A stretch of DNA of 64,000 nucleotides from Nitrospirota bacterium (GCA_035498715.1 DATJZV010000026.1:11923-75922), one strand, 5' to 3'; counted from the first letter of the stretch, positions 19,669 through 29,625 are shown. Program-made: numbers and translations. Notes: generated by a model not told the origin, from the letters alone.

Positions 19669-19742
19669 TCGGGGATCGTCTAATGGTAGGACAGAGGCCT
19701 TTGAAGCCTTTAATCGGGGTTCGACTCCCTGTCCCCGAACCA
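19669..19742 (+). tRNA. tRNA-Gln (anticodon UUG), CCA encoded.
   Basis: Cloverleaf folded by hand: acceptor TCGGGGA/TCCCCGA, D-arm GTCT..GGAC, anticodon stem GAGGC/GCCTT with loop CTTTGAA (anticodon TTG), T-arm CGGGG-TTCGACT-CCCTG, discriminator A, then CCA. Confidence 0.8.
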
Positions 19743-19760
19743 GTCTGACAAGAGAGGTCT

Positions 19761-20717
19761 TTGAAGGCTATGGTTAAAGCACGAGAAATCAAGGTATTCA
19801 CAGGAAACGCGAATCCGTCACTGGCAAAGGAAATATGCCAGAAGATGAACATTCATCCTGGAAACGCGCTCGTGGGCCGGTTCAGCGACGGTGAGATCAA
19901 CGTTCAGATCGTCGACAATGTGCGCGGTATGGATGTCTTCGTGGTGCAGCCCACGTCGAGTCCGGTGAACCGGCACCTTATGGAACTGCTCATCATGATC
20001 GATGCGCTCAAGCGGGCTTCCGCAGCGAGGATCACGGCTGTACTCCCGTACTATGGATACAGCAGGCAGGACCGCAAGGTGCAGCCGCGAGTGCCCATCA
20101 CGTCCAAGCTCGTGGCTGACTTGATTACTGCCGCGGGGGCGAACCGCGTGCTCACGGTTGACCTGCACGCGGGCCAGATTCAGGGGTTTTTCAATATCCC
20201 CGTGGACAACCTTTTCGCGGCGCCGGTGCTCCTTGAGTATCTTCGGTCGAAGAAGTTCTCGAAACTGACTGTGGTGTCGCCGGATGCCGGCGGCGTGGAA
20301 CGGGCAAGGGCATTTGCCAAGAGGCTCAATGCGGCGCTGGCGATCATCGATAAGCGGAGGGACAAGCCGAACGTTGCCCAAGTGATGAACATCATCGGTG
20401 ATGTGAAGGGGCGCGACTGCCTGATGCTCGACGACATGGTGGATACTGCCGGCACGCTGGCCGAGGGCGCATCCGCGCTCAAGACGAATGGCGCGAGCAA
20501 GATCTACGCGGCCTGCACGCACGCCGTGCTTTCGGGACCGGCTATTACCCGGATCAATGAATCGGCGATCGATGAGGTTATTGCTACGAATACCATTGCG
20601 CTCGACAGCAAGCAACAGGAGTGTAAGAAACTGATTGTCCTCTCGGTGGCGCCGCTGCTCGCCGATGCTATTACGAGGATACACGAGGAGACTTCGCTCA
20701 GTTCTTTGTTCGTGTAA
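19761..20717 (+). CDS. prs: Ribose-phosphate pyrophosphokinase.
   Basis: FSDGEINVQI...DLHAGQIQGFF...DDMVDTAGT. Confidence 0.9.
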   Translation: MKAMVKAREIKVFTGNANPSLAKEICQKMNIHPGNALVGRFSDGEINVQIVDNVRGMDVFVVQPTSSPVNRHLMELLIMIDALKRASAARITAVLPYYGYSRQDRKVQPRVPITSKLVADLITAAGANRVLTVDLHAGQIQGFFNIPVDNLFAAPVLLEYLRSKKFSKLTVVSPDAGGVERARAFAKRLNAALAIIDKRRDKPNVAQVMNIIGDVKGRDCLMLDDMVDTAGTLAEGASALKTNGASKIYAACTHAVLSGPAITRINESAIDEVIATNTIALDSKQQECKKLIVLSVAPLLADAITRIHEETSLSSLFV

Positions 20718-20880
20718 TAAGAACACTGCATGTAATGGCGCAGATGACCGAAAGGACGAGCTACTAAGAGACGCTGAATAAGCGAAAACAAGATCATGAA
20801 AAGCCTCTATCTGCGCATACGTGCGAAGATCGGCGTTCAGAATATAGTTGAAACATATTTGATTTTGTATCGGAGGAGAA

Positions 20881-21633
20881 ATGGAAAAGATCGCATTAAC
20901 AGCACAGGTCAGAGAGAAGGCAGGCAAGGGAGTCGCCCGAGGCCTCAGGCGGAACCAGATGGTACCGGCGGTTCTTTACAGCCACGGCAAATCAATGCCC
21001 ATTGCGATGGGCAATAAGGAAGTGACGAGGATACTCAACACCGAGGGCGGTGAGCATGCACTCATCAACCTCACGCTTGAGGGCACGAAAGAGGCGGCTG
21101 AGCGAATAGCCTTGATCAAGGAATACCAGCTCGATCCGATATCAGGCGCGCTCATGCATGTCGACCTCATGGAGGTCGCCATGAACGAGAAGGTGAAGAT
21201 CCCGGTTGCGGTGCATCTGATCGGCGCCTCCATTGGTGTGAAGGAAGGCGGCATCCTTCAGTATGGGATCCGTGAGGTTGAGGTGGAGTGCCTTCCGCAC
21301 CAGATTCCGGAACACGTCGAGGTCAATATTGAGGCGCTCAAGGTTAACGAGTCACTTCACGTGAGGGATATCACGGTTGCAGAGGGGATACGGATCCTGA
21401 CCGATGGGGACGCGACGGTTGCGACTATCCAGCCTCCGATTTCCGATGCCAAGCTTGAGGCCATGCTGTCAGCGGCGCCGGCTGCGGCGGAGGCGGGCGA
21501 GCCCGAGCTCGTTAAGAAACCAAAGAAAGAGGGCGAAGCTGCAGCTGCTGCTGCACCGGCCCCCGAGGCCAAGGCTAAGGAAGCAGCGCCGAAAGAGGCC
21601 GCTCCCAAGAAAGAAGCTGCACCCAAGAAGTAG
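20881..21633 (+). CDS. rplY: 50S ribosomal protein L25 / general stress protein Ctc, with a Lys/Ala/Pro-rich C-terminal tail.
   Basis: L25 and Ctc beta-barrel domains, then AAPKEAAPKKEAAPKK low-complexity repeats. Confidence 0.85.
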   Translation: MEKIALTAQVREKAGKGVARGLRRNQMVPAVLYSHGKSMPIAMGNKEVTRILNTEGGEHALINLTLEGTKEAAERIALIKEYQLDPISGALMHVDLMEVAMNEKVKIPVAVHLIGASIGVKEGGILQYGIREVEVECLPHQIPEHVEVNIEALKVNESLHVRDITVAEGIRILTDGDATVATIQPPISDAKLEAMLSAAPAAAEAGEPELVKKPKKEGEAAAAAAPAPEAKAKEAAPKEAAPKKEAAPKK

Positions 21634-21689
21634 TGTTGCGATGTCGTCCCGTTGCCTGCGGTGGAGTGGGATCTCATCCTGAATCCCCG

Positions 21690-22256
21690 ATGAAAATCGT
21701 CGTCGTAGGACTCGGCAATCCCGGCAGAAAATACGAACGAACGCGCCACAACGCGGGGTTTCTAGCGGTAGACGAACTTGCCCGCCGTACTGGTATTGAT
21801 ATCTCCCAGGAAAAACACCACTCGATCATCGGTAGGGGGCGTATCGAGGCCGGACAAATCGTGCTGGCTAAACCTCAGACCTATATGAACGAGAGTGGAC
21901 GGGCCGTTGCCGCAGTGATGGAAGATTCCTATGCATCCCCCAGCGATCTCATTGTGATCCATGACGAGCTTGACCTGCCGCTCGGTTCGGTCAGAATAAA
22001 GACCGACGGTGGCCATGGAGGCCACAACGGACTGCGATCCATCATCGAGTTCATCGGGACGTCCGATTTCATCAGGATCCGCATCGGGATCGGCAGGCCT
22101 GAGCCGGGGATGGATGCTGCGAATTATGTGCTGAGCCAGTTCCTGCCGGATGAAAGGCAGGCCGCGGCCGAGGCTGCTGGCAGGGCTGCTGACGCAGTGC
22201 TTGCCATAGTGTCACAGGGCATGACCAAGGCTATGAATCTGTTCAACCAGCGGTAA
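21690..22256 (+). CDS. pth: Peptidyl-tRNA hydrolase.
   Basis: MKIVVVGLGNPGRKYERTRHNAGF. The track ORF starts earlier at a non-ATG codon. Confidence 0.85.
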   Translation: MKIVVVGLGNPGRKYERTRHNAGFLAVDELARRTGIDISQEKHHSIIGRGRIEAGQIVLAKPQTYMNESGRAVAAVMEDSYASPSDLIVIHDELDLPLGSVRIKTDGGHGGHNGLRSIIEFIGTSDFIRIRIGIGRPEPGMDAANYVLSQFLPDERQAAAEAAGRAADAVLAIVSQGMTKAMNLFNQR

Positions 22257-22267
22257 CCGCACAGTAA

Positions 22268-22310
22268 CCCCGGACCTTTAGGCAGCATGCCCACAGATCC
22301 GGGTTTTTTA
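22268..22310 (+). terminator. Rho-independent terminator after pth.
   Basis: CCCCGGA...TCCGGG stem followed by TTTTTT. Confidence 0.45.
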
Positions 22311-22578
22311 TTTTTATGAAGTAATAAAGAAGCTGCCACAGGGATACCGAAGCATGGAGCAAGCTAAAAACCGCGCCTGGATGGACGAGATAAAAGTGTC
22401 TCAAATTCTGTCACGGAAGAATCAGATCGGTCAATGATTCGAAAAGAAAAAAATAGTTCATGAGTTTAAAGCAGTGTCAAACTCTTTGGATTATCTTTTG
22501 CGTTCGATGCAGTGAGTGATGCTTTATAATAGACGCTTATCCGCGTCCATCTGTGGGAAAAAATAAAAGGAGTTATTC

Positions 22579-23673
22579 ATGGGTTTTAACTGCGGCATCG
22601 TCGGCCTGCCGAATGTAGGAAAGTCCACTATTTTTAACGCACTGACCTCAGCTGGCGCCCAAGCATCGAACTATCCATTCACCACCATTGACCCGAACAT
22701 AGGGATCGTGGACATGCCCGACGAAAGGATTGACAAGCTTGTCGAGATCTACCATCCGAAGAAGATCACGCCTACAACAATGGAGTTCGTCGACATCGCA
22801 GGGCTCGTCAAGGGCGCGGCACAGGGGGAAGGGCTCGGAAACAAATTTCTTGCTAATATCCGCGAGGTGGACGCCATCGTCCACGTAGTGCGCTGTTTCG
22901 AAGACCCGAACGTAGTGCACGTGGGGGGCAAGGTCGATCCCAGGACGGACATCGAGGTGATCGAGGCCGAGCTCATGCTTGCAGACCTTGATGCAATCGA
23001 AAAGCGCCTGTTTAAGGCCGAAAAGCAGGCAAAAGCGGGGGACAAGAAAGCCCTGGAGGAAGTTGAGTTCATGAAACGGCTTAAGAACATGCTCAACAGG
23101 GGAGAGCCCGTCCGACGCGCGACTCATTCCGAAGAAGAGGTTGGGTGGCTCAAGAGCTATAATCTCCTTTCTGCAAAGCCGGTCTTATATGCAGCGAACG
23201 TTGCCGAGGATATGGTCGGCAAACCTACTCCGCACGTGGACGCAGTCCGGAAAATTGCGGCCGAAGAAGGGGCAAAGGTGGTGGTTATCTCTGGCCAGGT
23301 AGAGGGAGAGATCGCCCAGCTTCCGATAGAAGAGCGCAAGGAATACCTCGCGGAAATGGGGCTGAAGGAGTCAGGCCTCGACCGTATGATCCGTGCGGGT
23401 TATGACCTTCTCGGCCTCATCACCTATTTCACCGCAGGCGAGAAGGAGGTCCGCGCCTGGACCATCACAAAGGGCACCAAGGCGCCACAGGCCGCTGGGA
23501 AGATCCATACGGATTTTGAGAAGGGGTTCATCCGCGCTGAAGTGTTTCATTACGATGACCTTATGCGGCTCAAGACCCCTCAGGCGGTGAAAGAGGCTGG
23601 CCTGCTTCGTTCGGAAGGTAAGGACTACGTGGTCAAGGACGGGGACATTATGCTGTTCAGGTTCAACGTCTGA
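22579..23673 (+). CDS. ychF: Ribosome-binding ATPase YchF.
   Basis: GIVGLPNVGKSTIFNALT, TGS domain at the C-terminus. pth-ychF adjacency matches E. coli. Confidence 0.9.
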   Translation: MGFNCGIVGLPNVGKSTIFNALTSAGAQASNYPFTTIDPNIGIVDMPDERIDKLVEIYHPKKITPTTMEFVDIAGLVKGAAQGEGLGNKFLANIREVDAIVHVVRCFEDPNVVHVGGKVDPRTDIEVIEAELMLADLDAIEKRLFKAEKQAKAGDKKALEEVEFMKRLKNMLNRGEPVRRATHSEEEVGWLKSYNLLSAKPVLYAANVAEDMVGKPTPHVDAVRKIAAEEGAKVVVISGQVEGEIAQLPIEERKEYLAEMGLKESGLDRMIRAGYDLLGLITYFTAGEKEVRAWTITKGTKAPQAAGKIHTDFEKGFIRAEVFHYDDLMRLKTPQAVKEAGLLRSEGKDYVVKDGDIMLFRFNV

Positions 23674-23915
23674 TTTTCTCGCCAAATCGATATGCCCTGA
23701 TGTTTCTGCATATAGTATAGTTCCTCGTCTTTCACTTGTTTCCCGTCATTGGTTCTGATTTCATCTTGATGTGTGCTGCATAACTGTGGTAGTTTATGAG
23801 CGTATCATGCTCGCTCCTCATATCGTTCTAATAATGCATTTTAATCATTTCAGCAAGACGTTGGGGTGATGTGTTGAGAACAGGACGCCGAACACTCACG
23901 GAGGGGATTCATTTG

Positions 23916-25073
23916 ACACTAAAAAAGATTTATGGTGCTTTTTTCATTTTATTCTTTTGCAGTCAACCCATGAGCGGATTCTCCCAGACGTTGCCGTTAC
24001 CTGACAATTGTCTTACCATTGCCGCTGTCGGCGACATCATGATGGGCACCACGTACCCTGAGAACCTTCTCCCACCGAATGACGGGGCGGGGATATTCGA
24101 AAGCGTGAAGGACGCTTTCCAGGGGAGCGACATCGTGCTTGGCAACCTGGAAGGGCCACTCGTGGACGAGGGGACCACGACAAAGTGCAAGAAGCCGGGT
24201 AAGACCTGCTACGCCTTTAAGACCCCGACACGGTACGTAGCATATCTGAAAGAAGCAGGCTTCACAACATTGAATATCGCGAACAATCACGCTTCGGACT
24301 TCGGGCCGGATGGAATCGAGAGCACGCTCCGTGCGCTTGACGGAGCGGGAATTCAACCCATCGGCGGAAAGGCGATCGCGCATTTTGAGATCAAAGGAAA
24401 GCGAACTGCCGTAGCAGGATTCTCTTATTTCGATTCTCCTTATTCTTTATCCATACTGGATATTGATGCCGCTCAGAAGTTTGTACGAGAACTGAAGGCC
24501 GCAAACGACCTCGTAATCGTCTCATTCCACGGCGGTGCCGAGGGAGCATCGGCTGCCCATGTGACGGGTGAGGATGAAGAGTTTCTCGGGGAGGAGCGGG
24601 GCAATGTCGTCGCTTTTGCCAAGTCTGTGATAGATGCCGGAGCTGATTTGGTCATTGGACATGGCCCGCACGTGCTGCGGGCATTCGAGGTCTACAAAGA
24701 CAAACTTATCATTTACAGCCTCGGAAATTTCCTGACTTACGAGCGATTTAACCTCGATGGCCCGAACAGGTTGAGCGTTATTCTGAAGGCGCGCCTCGAT
24801 ACCTCGACAGGCAACTTCATCGAAGGAGAATTAGTGCCGGTGAAACTCGTAAATGAAGGAATTCCCGTCCGCGACCCGAAGGGGAGAGGCATCACGCTGA
24901 TCAGGAAGCTTACGAAAGAAGATAACCCAGGCCAGAAGTTGTTGTTTGCCGACGACGGCAGATTTTGCAGAGGCGATGATTGTCTCCGCCGAACCGCCAC
25001 GGTCCTGCTGCAGAGGCCTCTGCTGGAGTTGAGCACGGGATTGACCGGCACCGCCTCTGACACTGGCGCCTGA
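23916..25073 (+). CDS. CapA/PgsA-family poly-gamma-glutamate synthesis protein (metallophosphatase fold), secreted.
   Basis: AVGDIMMG...GNLEGP...NIANNHASDFG. TTG start with GGAGGGG 7 nt upstream; signal peptide MTLKKIYGAFFILFFCSQP. Confidence 0.7.
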   Translation, partial: TLKKIYGAFFILFFCSQPMSGFSQTLPLPDNCLTIAAVGDIMMGTTYPENLLPPNDGAGIFESVKDAFQGSDIVLGNLEGPLVDEGTTTKCKKPGKTCYAFKTPTRYVAYLKEAGFTTLNIANNHASDFGPDGIESTLRALDGAGIQPIGGKAIAHFEIKGKRTAVAGFSYFDSPYSLSILDIDAAQKFVRELKAANDLVIVSFHGGAEGASAAHVTGEDEEFLGEERGNVVAFAKSVIDAGADLVIGHGPHVLRAFEVYKDKLIIYSLGNFLTYERFNLDGPNRLSVILKARLDTSTGNFIEGELVPVKLVNEGIPVRDPKGRGITLIRKLTKEDNPGQKLLFADDGRFCRGDDCLRRTATVLLQRPLLELSTGLTGTASDTGA

Positions 25074-25149
25074 AAAAAGAATTGATGACCCGCCGGTCGG
25101 CGGGAACGTCGAGGAACAATAGATCAAGAAGAGGGGAAATAATCTGATC

Positions 25150-25653
25150 ATGGACCTGCTTGAAGGAATTTATACGCGCAGGAGCATCCGGCAGTACACG
25201 GATCAGCCGGTCGAACGGGAACAGCTTATGGAGATTATCAGGGCTGGCACCTGGGCCCCGTCGGGGCTGAACAATCAGCCCTGGCGCTTTGTGATCATTA
25301 AGGGCAGTGCGGTCCGCAATGAGCTGGCGAAGCTGACGAAAAATAATTTCATCATCGAGAGGGCCTCCGCGTGCATTGCCGTCTTTATCGATAAGAGCGC
25401 GATTTATAATGAGATCAAGGACTATCAGGCCATGGGTGCGTGCATGCAGAACATGCTCCTTGCGGCCCATGGGCTGGGGTTAGGGGCCGTCTGGCTCGGC
25501 GAAATCCTGAAGAGCGCAGGCGCGGTGCGTATGCTCCTCGAGCTGCCGGAGGAGATGGAACTCATGGCAGTGATCGCCATAGGGTATCCCGTTCAACAAA
25601 AAAAGACCTCTTATCGTAAGGACGTGTCGGAGGTCCTGCTCAAGGAACTGTAG
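25150..25653 (+). CDS. Nitroreductase-family protein.
   Basis: RRSIRQYTDQPV...PSGLNNQPWRFVII. Confidence 0.8.
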   Translation: MDLLEGIYTRRSIRQYTDQPVEREQLMEIIRAGTWAPSGLNNQPWRFVIIKGSAVRNELAKLTKNNFIIERASACIAVFIDKSAIYNEIKDYQAMGACMQNMLLAAHGLGLGAVWLGEILKSAGAVRMLLELPEEMELMAVIAIGYPVQQKKTSYRKDVSEVLLKEL

Positions 25654-25676
25654 CTTTTCGTTATGCTCGTTTATTA

Positions 25677-25910
25677 CTAAAACAATTTGAGATCACTGCA
25701 CCCGCTATGAGCCTCGCCGTAAAAAAGGCATGCAGTTTTGTCCACTTGGCCAGGTGGCTGCAGAAGGCTTTCGCACATCGCGCGCATATCATTAATTCTA
25801 TTGAGGATCGTCGGCACTTCGGCGTCGAGCATTTGCTGCACCTGCGATTTGAAAAGGCTGTTGCACTCGCGAGATATCTGAACGCAGTTTCCGGGAAAAA
25901 GTTTCTGCAT
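25677..25910 (-). CDS. Small Cys-containing hypothetical protein (77 aa).
   Basis: ATG with AAGGA 4 nt upstream; sits 7 nt downstream of the preceding small ORF and downstream of the nitronate monooxygenase gene; no family recognised. Confidence 0.25.
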   Translation of the reverse strand: MQKLFPGNCVQISRECNSLFKSQVQQMLDAEVPTILNRINDMRAMCESLLQPPGQVDKTACLFYGEAHSGCSDLKLF

Positions 25911-25917
25911 TGATTCC

Positions 25918-26079
25918 TTAAATCCCCGAAGACACCCGGAACATCGCGTGGATGTCTTCGCCGGATTTCTTTACGTCCATCTGCACAAGGATATTGCGGC
26001 GCATCGGGTTCTTATCAAGATGCGGCGCTTTCGGAACTTCCGGGCCTTTCCCGGTCAATACGAGAATGCCGAACTCCAT
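25918..26079 (-). CDS. Small hypothetical protein (53 aa from the internal ATG; TTG alternative at 26130).
   Basis: Open frame in tandem with the 77-aa ORF; weak RBS. Confidence 0.15.
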   Translation of the reverse strand: MEFGILVLTGKGPEVPKAPHLDKNPMRRNILVQMDVKKSGEDIHAMFRVSSGI

Positions 26080-26157
26080 GTTCTCACTTGGTCGATATCT
26101 TATTGAGGTGCGCACACAGAGTTGGTTCAAGGGCCATTTTCGGTTCCATTGCCATAA

Positions 26158-27261
26158 TTAGCCTCCTGCACCGGTCAACTCATTCATCAGCCTTTTGACG
26201 GAGAGTATCTTGTTCACCCTCGCGGCATTGGTGCCGACCGTGTAGAGCGATTCTTCTTTGTCGGCATTATATCCGGCGGAGCTCAACAGTCCGTTGCAGA
26301 TACAGAAATAATCTTTATTATTTTCCTTTGCGGGACAGACCGTAAAGTTGCCGTCCGCATCCTTCATGAGCACATATCCTTTGTCGCATTTGGGCGGTCT
26401 CTTTTGCTGCAGTGCCGAAACGTACATGGGGGACTGTTTTATTACCCGGAACGGCAATCCGCAGGGCGAGCCGGGCCGGTGCGCGACGACAATGTCCTCT
26501 TCCGTTGCATGAACCACGGCTTGCTTGTATGTCTCGGAGGCGCTGCTTTCTTCGGTGGCGAGGAACCGCGTTCCCATCTGCACCCCATCGGCACCCATGC
26601 CCATAAATCGCAGGATATCTTCATGAGTGTAGATTCCGCCGGCAACAATGACAGGGAAATCTCCGCATTTGACAGCCATATCCTTGACCGGCGGTAGAAG
26701 GATCTCCAGCCGGTTGGATTCAAGGTCCACCTGATCGATCCTGAAACCCAGGTGGCCGCCCGCAAGCGGACCCTCGAGAACAACGGCGTCCGGGCGATAT
26801 CCCAGTTTCTCCCATTTTTTGCAGATGATATCGAGCGCCCGTGCTGAAGATACGATCGGGATCAGGGCCGTGTCCTTCGGCGGCTGAATGGCCGGGAGGC
26901 TGAGCGGCAGTCCTGCGCCAGAGATGATGACATCGGCTCCGGCATCAAGAGCTCCCTTCACCGAATCACTATAGTCCCTGACCAGAGCCATCATGATGTT
27001 GATGCCCGCGAATCCCCCATCTATTTTTGCTAGGGATACTTCCTCGTACGCGGCCTCATAAACATTTTTCTTTTTCCCGGTCCGCTTGCTCACGAGTCTA
27101 TCAAGGCAGGCGCTCGATACGATTCCGAGACCACCCTCTTTCGCAACTGCCCGTGCCAGGGGGTGCAGTGACACCCCGACACCCATCCCGCCCTGTATGA
27201 TGGGTACTCTTATTTTTTTGCCTTTGATAACGAGCGACCTTAAAGCTGACATTGAACTCAA
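26158..27261 (-). CDS. Nitronate monooxygenase / enoyl-ACP reductase II (FabK-like, NPD family).
   Basis: IIQGGMGVGVS and TIM-barrel FMN-binding motifs. Confidence 0.75.
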   Translation of the reverse strand: MSSMSALRSLVIKGKKIRVPIIQGGMGVGVSLHPLARAVAKEGGLGIVSSACLDRLVSKRTGKKKNVYEAAYEEVSLAKIDGGFAGINIMMALVRDYSDSVKGALDAGADVIISGAGLPLSLPAIQPPKDTALIPIVSSARALDIICKKWEKLGYRPDAVVLEGPLAGGHLGFRIDQVDLESNRLEILLPPVKDMAVKCGDFPVIVAGGIYTHEDILRFMGMGADGVQMGTRFLATEESSASETYKQAVVHATEEDIVVAHRPGSPCGLPFRVIKQSPMYVSALQQKRPPKCDKGYVLMKDADGNFTVCPAKENNKDYFCICNGLLSSAGYNADKEESLYTVGTNAARVNKILSVKRLMNELTGAGG

Positions 27262-27906
27262 ATTGCCCCCTCTTCATTTTTGCACTGCCTTAAAGATGCT
27301 TCTATAGCTCGATGTCTCCTCATGAGCCTGCGCAGATGCGTTTCAAAAAATGAAAAACTCACAGCATTATACCACAGGGGCAGACCTTATACAACCAGCA
27401 TTTTATAAAGCGTGACACCCAAGATTGAGCACCCCGTGATAAAAAACCTTATTTTCTCATCAATATGGGGTTACTTCTGAGCGCCCTTTCTAGGACGGGT
27501 ACATCCGAATGGCTCATCGGTTTGAACTTAATTTTTTTATATTCTTTATTATAATTTTTTAACCAGGATAATGAAATTAATATTGGACCGCTTCAGCAAT
27601 AAAATCCAGGGTCATATCCATGAAGAAATAACAGCCAGCATATCAGTTGTAACGGGATCTTTTATGCACTGGCTGGGAGGGCGCAGCATCCTGGTGGGTA
27701 ACTTCGCGCTTATGGAACGCTAAACTTTTACAGAGGCAAAAAACTGAATAGCACGGCTGTTGCGACCACTCTTCACAAAGAAAAAGCTTGGAACGGGAAA
27801 ACCGATGAAAAAACAGCAGGACAATGGGAGGAACTATCTGTCTGAATATCCTATAAGTATCTGTAAGACAATGCAGTATTGAAGATCAGAAAAGCGTATT
27901 TTCTTC

Positions 27907-27935
27907 TTGACGATTAAGTTTTTAAGAGTTATATT
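27907..27935 (+). promoter_or_regulatory. Sigma70-like promoter: TTGACG, 17-nt spacer, TATATT.
   Basis: Seen about 65 nt upstream of the ATG at 28002, in a 740-bp AT-rich intergenic region. Confidence 0.4.
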
Positions 27936-28001
27936 AAAAAGGTTGTTGTAAATTTATTATCTTCTTCTCAGGTCGGCCCTTAGGGGAGTGGACTCATTAT
28001 C

Positions 28002-28685
28002 ATGTATTTTGTTCTTCTCGTTGTCGGATTAATGCTCGTCCCGTCTTTTGCGTTCGCATGGGGTCCCATGACCCACATGTATCTCGGCAATGAGCTTCTC
28101 TCGTGTGCCCCGCTGATTCCCGCAGGCATCCTCGCTCTTCTGAAAAAGCACAAGCAAGACTTCCTGTATGGCAATATCATGGCCGACATAATTCTCGGCA
28201 AGAAATACCTGCCGGACGACAAGAGCTCGCACTCATGGGATGTGGGATTGAAGCTCCTCGACCAGGCCAATACATGGCCCGAGCGGGCCTTTGCCTACGG
28301 ATATCTCAGCCATCTTGCCGCTGATACCGTGGCCCATGAGACCCTGACGGACGAGAAAGGGAACATGGGGCATACCTGGATTGAGATGAAGGCTGACAGC
28401 CTTATCGATAAGATCTACTGGTTGCAATGCATCACGATCAGCAAAACGGTCCGCAAGCGGAGCGACCTTCTCCTCGAGAACTCCCTCGATAGCTATATTT
28501 TTTCATTCAAAACGAACAAGAGAATATACAAGAGCATGGTCTTCCTCTCCTTTTTGAACAAGAAGAGACGGCGAGGTGTGGATAGGGATCTCATCCACGA
28601 TCTCCATGAAGAATCCATTGCGCGCATGCTGGACCTGCTCAAGAACGGCACCGATTCTCCGGTCCTGCAGAAAAACCCGCTTTAG
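28002..28685 (+). CDS. Zn-dependent phospholipase C-like / S1-P1 nuclease-fold protein, secreted.
   Basis: Signal peptide, then WGPMTHMYLGNELL...HLAADTVAHE His/Asp metal ligands. Confidence 0.5.
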   Translation: MYFVLLVVGLMLVPSFAFAWGPMTHMYLGNELLSCAPLIPAGILALLKKHKQDFLYGNIMADIILGKKYLPDDKSSHSWDVGLKLLDQANTWPERAFAYGYLSHLAADTVAHETLTDEKGNMGHTWIEMKADSLIDKIYWLQCITISKTVRKRSDLLLENSLDSYIFSFKTNKRIYKSMVFLSFLNKKRRRGVDRDLIHDLHEESIARMLDLLKNGTDSPVLQKNPL

Positions 28686-28795
28686 TCAAGTCACCTGTTA
28701 TCCCTTTGTACTTCCTCGTCCCGTCCGATATTGTCGTCAAATTTGCTATGGTATCATGGAGAGAATGCGACTGAAAATCCTGCAAGGAGGATCGT

Positions 28796-29278
28796 ATGGA
28801 GACGATTAAAGTTAAGGTGGAAATTCCGGAAGGCTGCAATATCATTCTTGGACAGACACATTTCATCAAGACAGCGGAAGACCTCTATGAGGTCATTGCG
28901 GGCACCGTGCCCCAGGCGAAGTTCGGCGTCGCCTTTACCGAGGCATCAGGCCCTTGCTTGATCCGCACTGAAGGGAACGATGACGGACTCGTTGCGGCGT
29001 GCGTGAAGACCCTTGAAGCCATAGGCGCCGGTCACGTGTTCTGCATCTACATCAAAAAAGCTTTTCCCATTAATGTTCTTAACCAGATTAAGACCTGCGC
29101 AGAGGTGTGCCGTATTTTCTGTGCCACGGCGAATCCGCTCGAAGTCATTGTGGCATCATCAGAGCAGGGCAACGGGATCCTCGGTGTCATCGATGGTTTT
29201 TCTCCAAAAGGCGTAGAGACGACCGCTGACAGGGCGGAGCGGAAAGAATTCCTTCGAAAGATCGGGTACAAGCTCTAA
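28796..29278 (+). CDS. Conserved hypothetical protein (possibly adenosine-specific kinase-like, PF04008).
   Basis: 160-aa ORF with a GGAGG RBS. The family assignment is from memory of domain composition only and is not verified. Confidence 0.35.
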   Translation: METIKVKVEIPEGCNIILGQTHFIKTAEDLYEVIAGTVPQAKFGVAFTEASGPCLIRTEGNDDGLVAACVKTLEAIGAGHVFCIYIKKAFPINVLNQIKTCAEVCRIFCATANPLEVIVASSEQGNGILGVIDGFSPKGVETTADRAERKEFLRKIGYKL

Positions 29279-29339
29279 AACTCCGAGGGAAGGTAAGTTC
29301 GGAGGTATGTTCCGCACTTTACTCCATTTCAAATTTCTG

Positions 29340-29625
29340 CTACAGTAGGTCGTGTCTCTTGATCGAAAGACGGGGAACGTCATCATTCCCCTTCGTGGCG
29401 GGAAGAGTGGCGTTGGCAGAAGCATCCTCTAGATAGGCTTGGACACTGCCATCGAGAGGAGCGGGAAGAACATCATCCTTCGAGGGGAAGTTCTCGAGTG
29501 ACGGTAACTTGCTCAGGATGAAATCCGCGATGGTCTGCGTACGCCCGAGGACTCCGAGACAGGTGTGCAGGTTCGCCGTGCCGAGGCCAAGGTCAGCAGG
29601 CCCCGATAAAGAATTTCAGTATCAT
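29340..29625 (-). pseudogene. Frameshifted small gene.
   Basis: On the minus strand, AGGAG then an 8-nt spacer then ATG (complement of 29623-29625) gives MILKFFIGAC*. The +1 frame then continues open for about 88 more codons (...GPADLGLGTANLHTCLGVLGRTQTIADFILSKLPSLENFPSKDDVLPAPLDGSVQAYLEDASANATLP...RHDLL*) with no ATG/GTG/TTG of its own, which is why it is missing from the ORF track. Confidence 0.35.
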
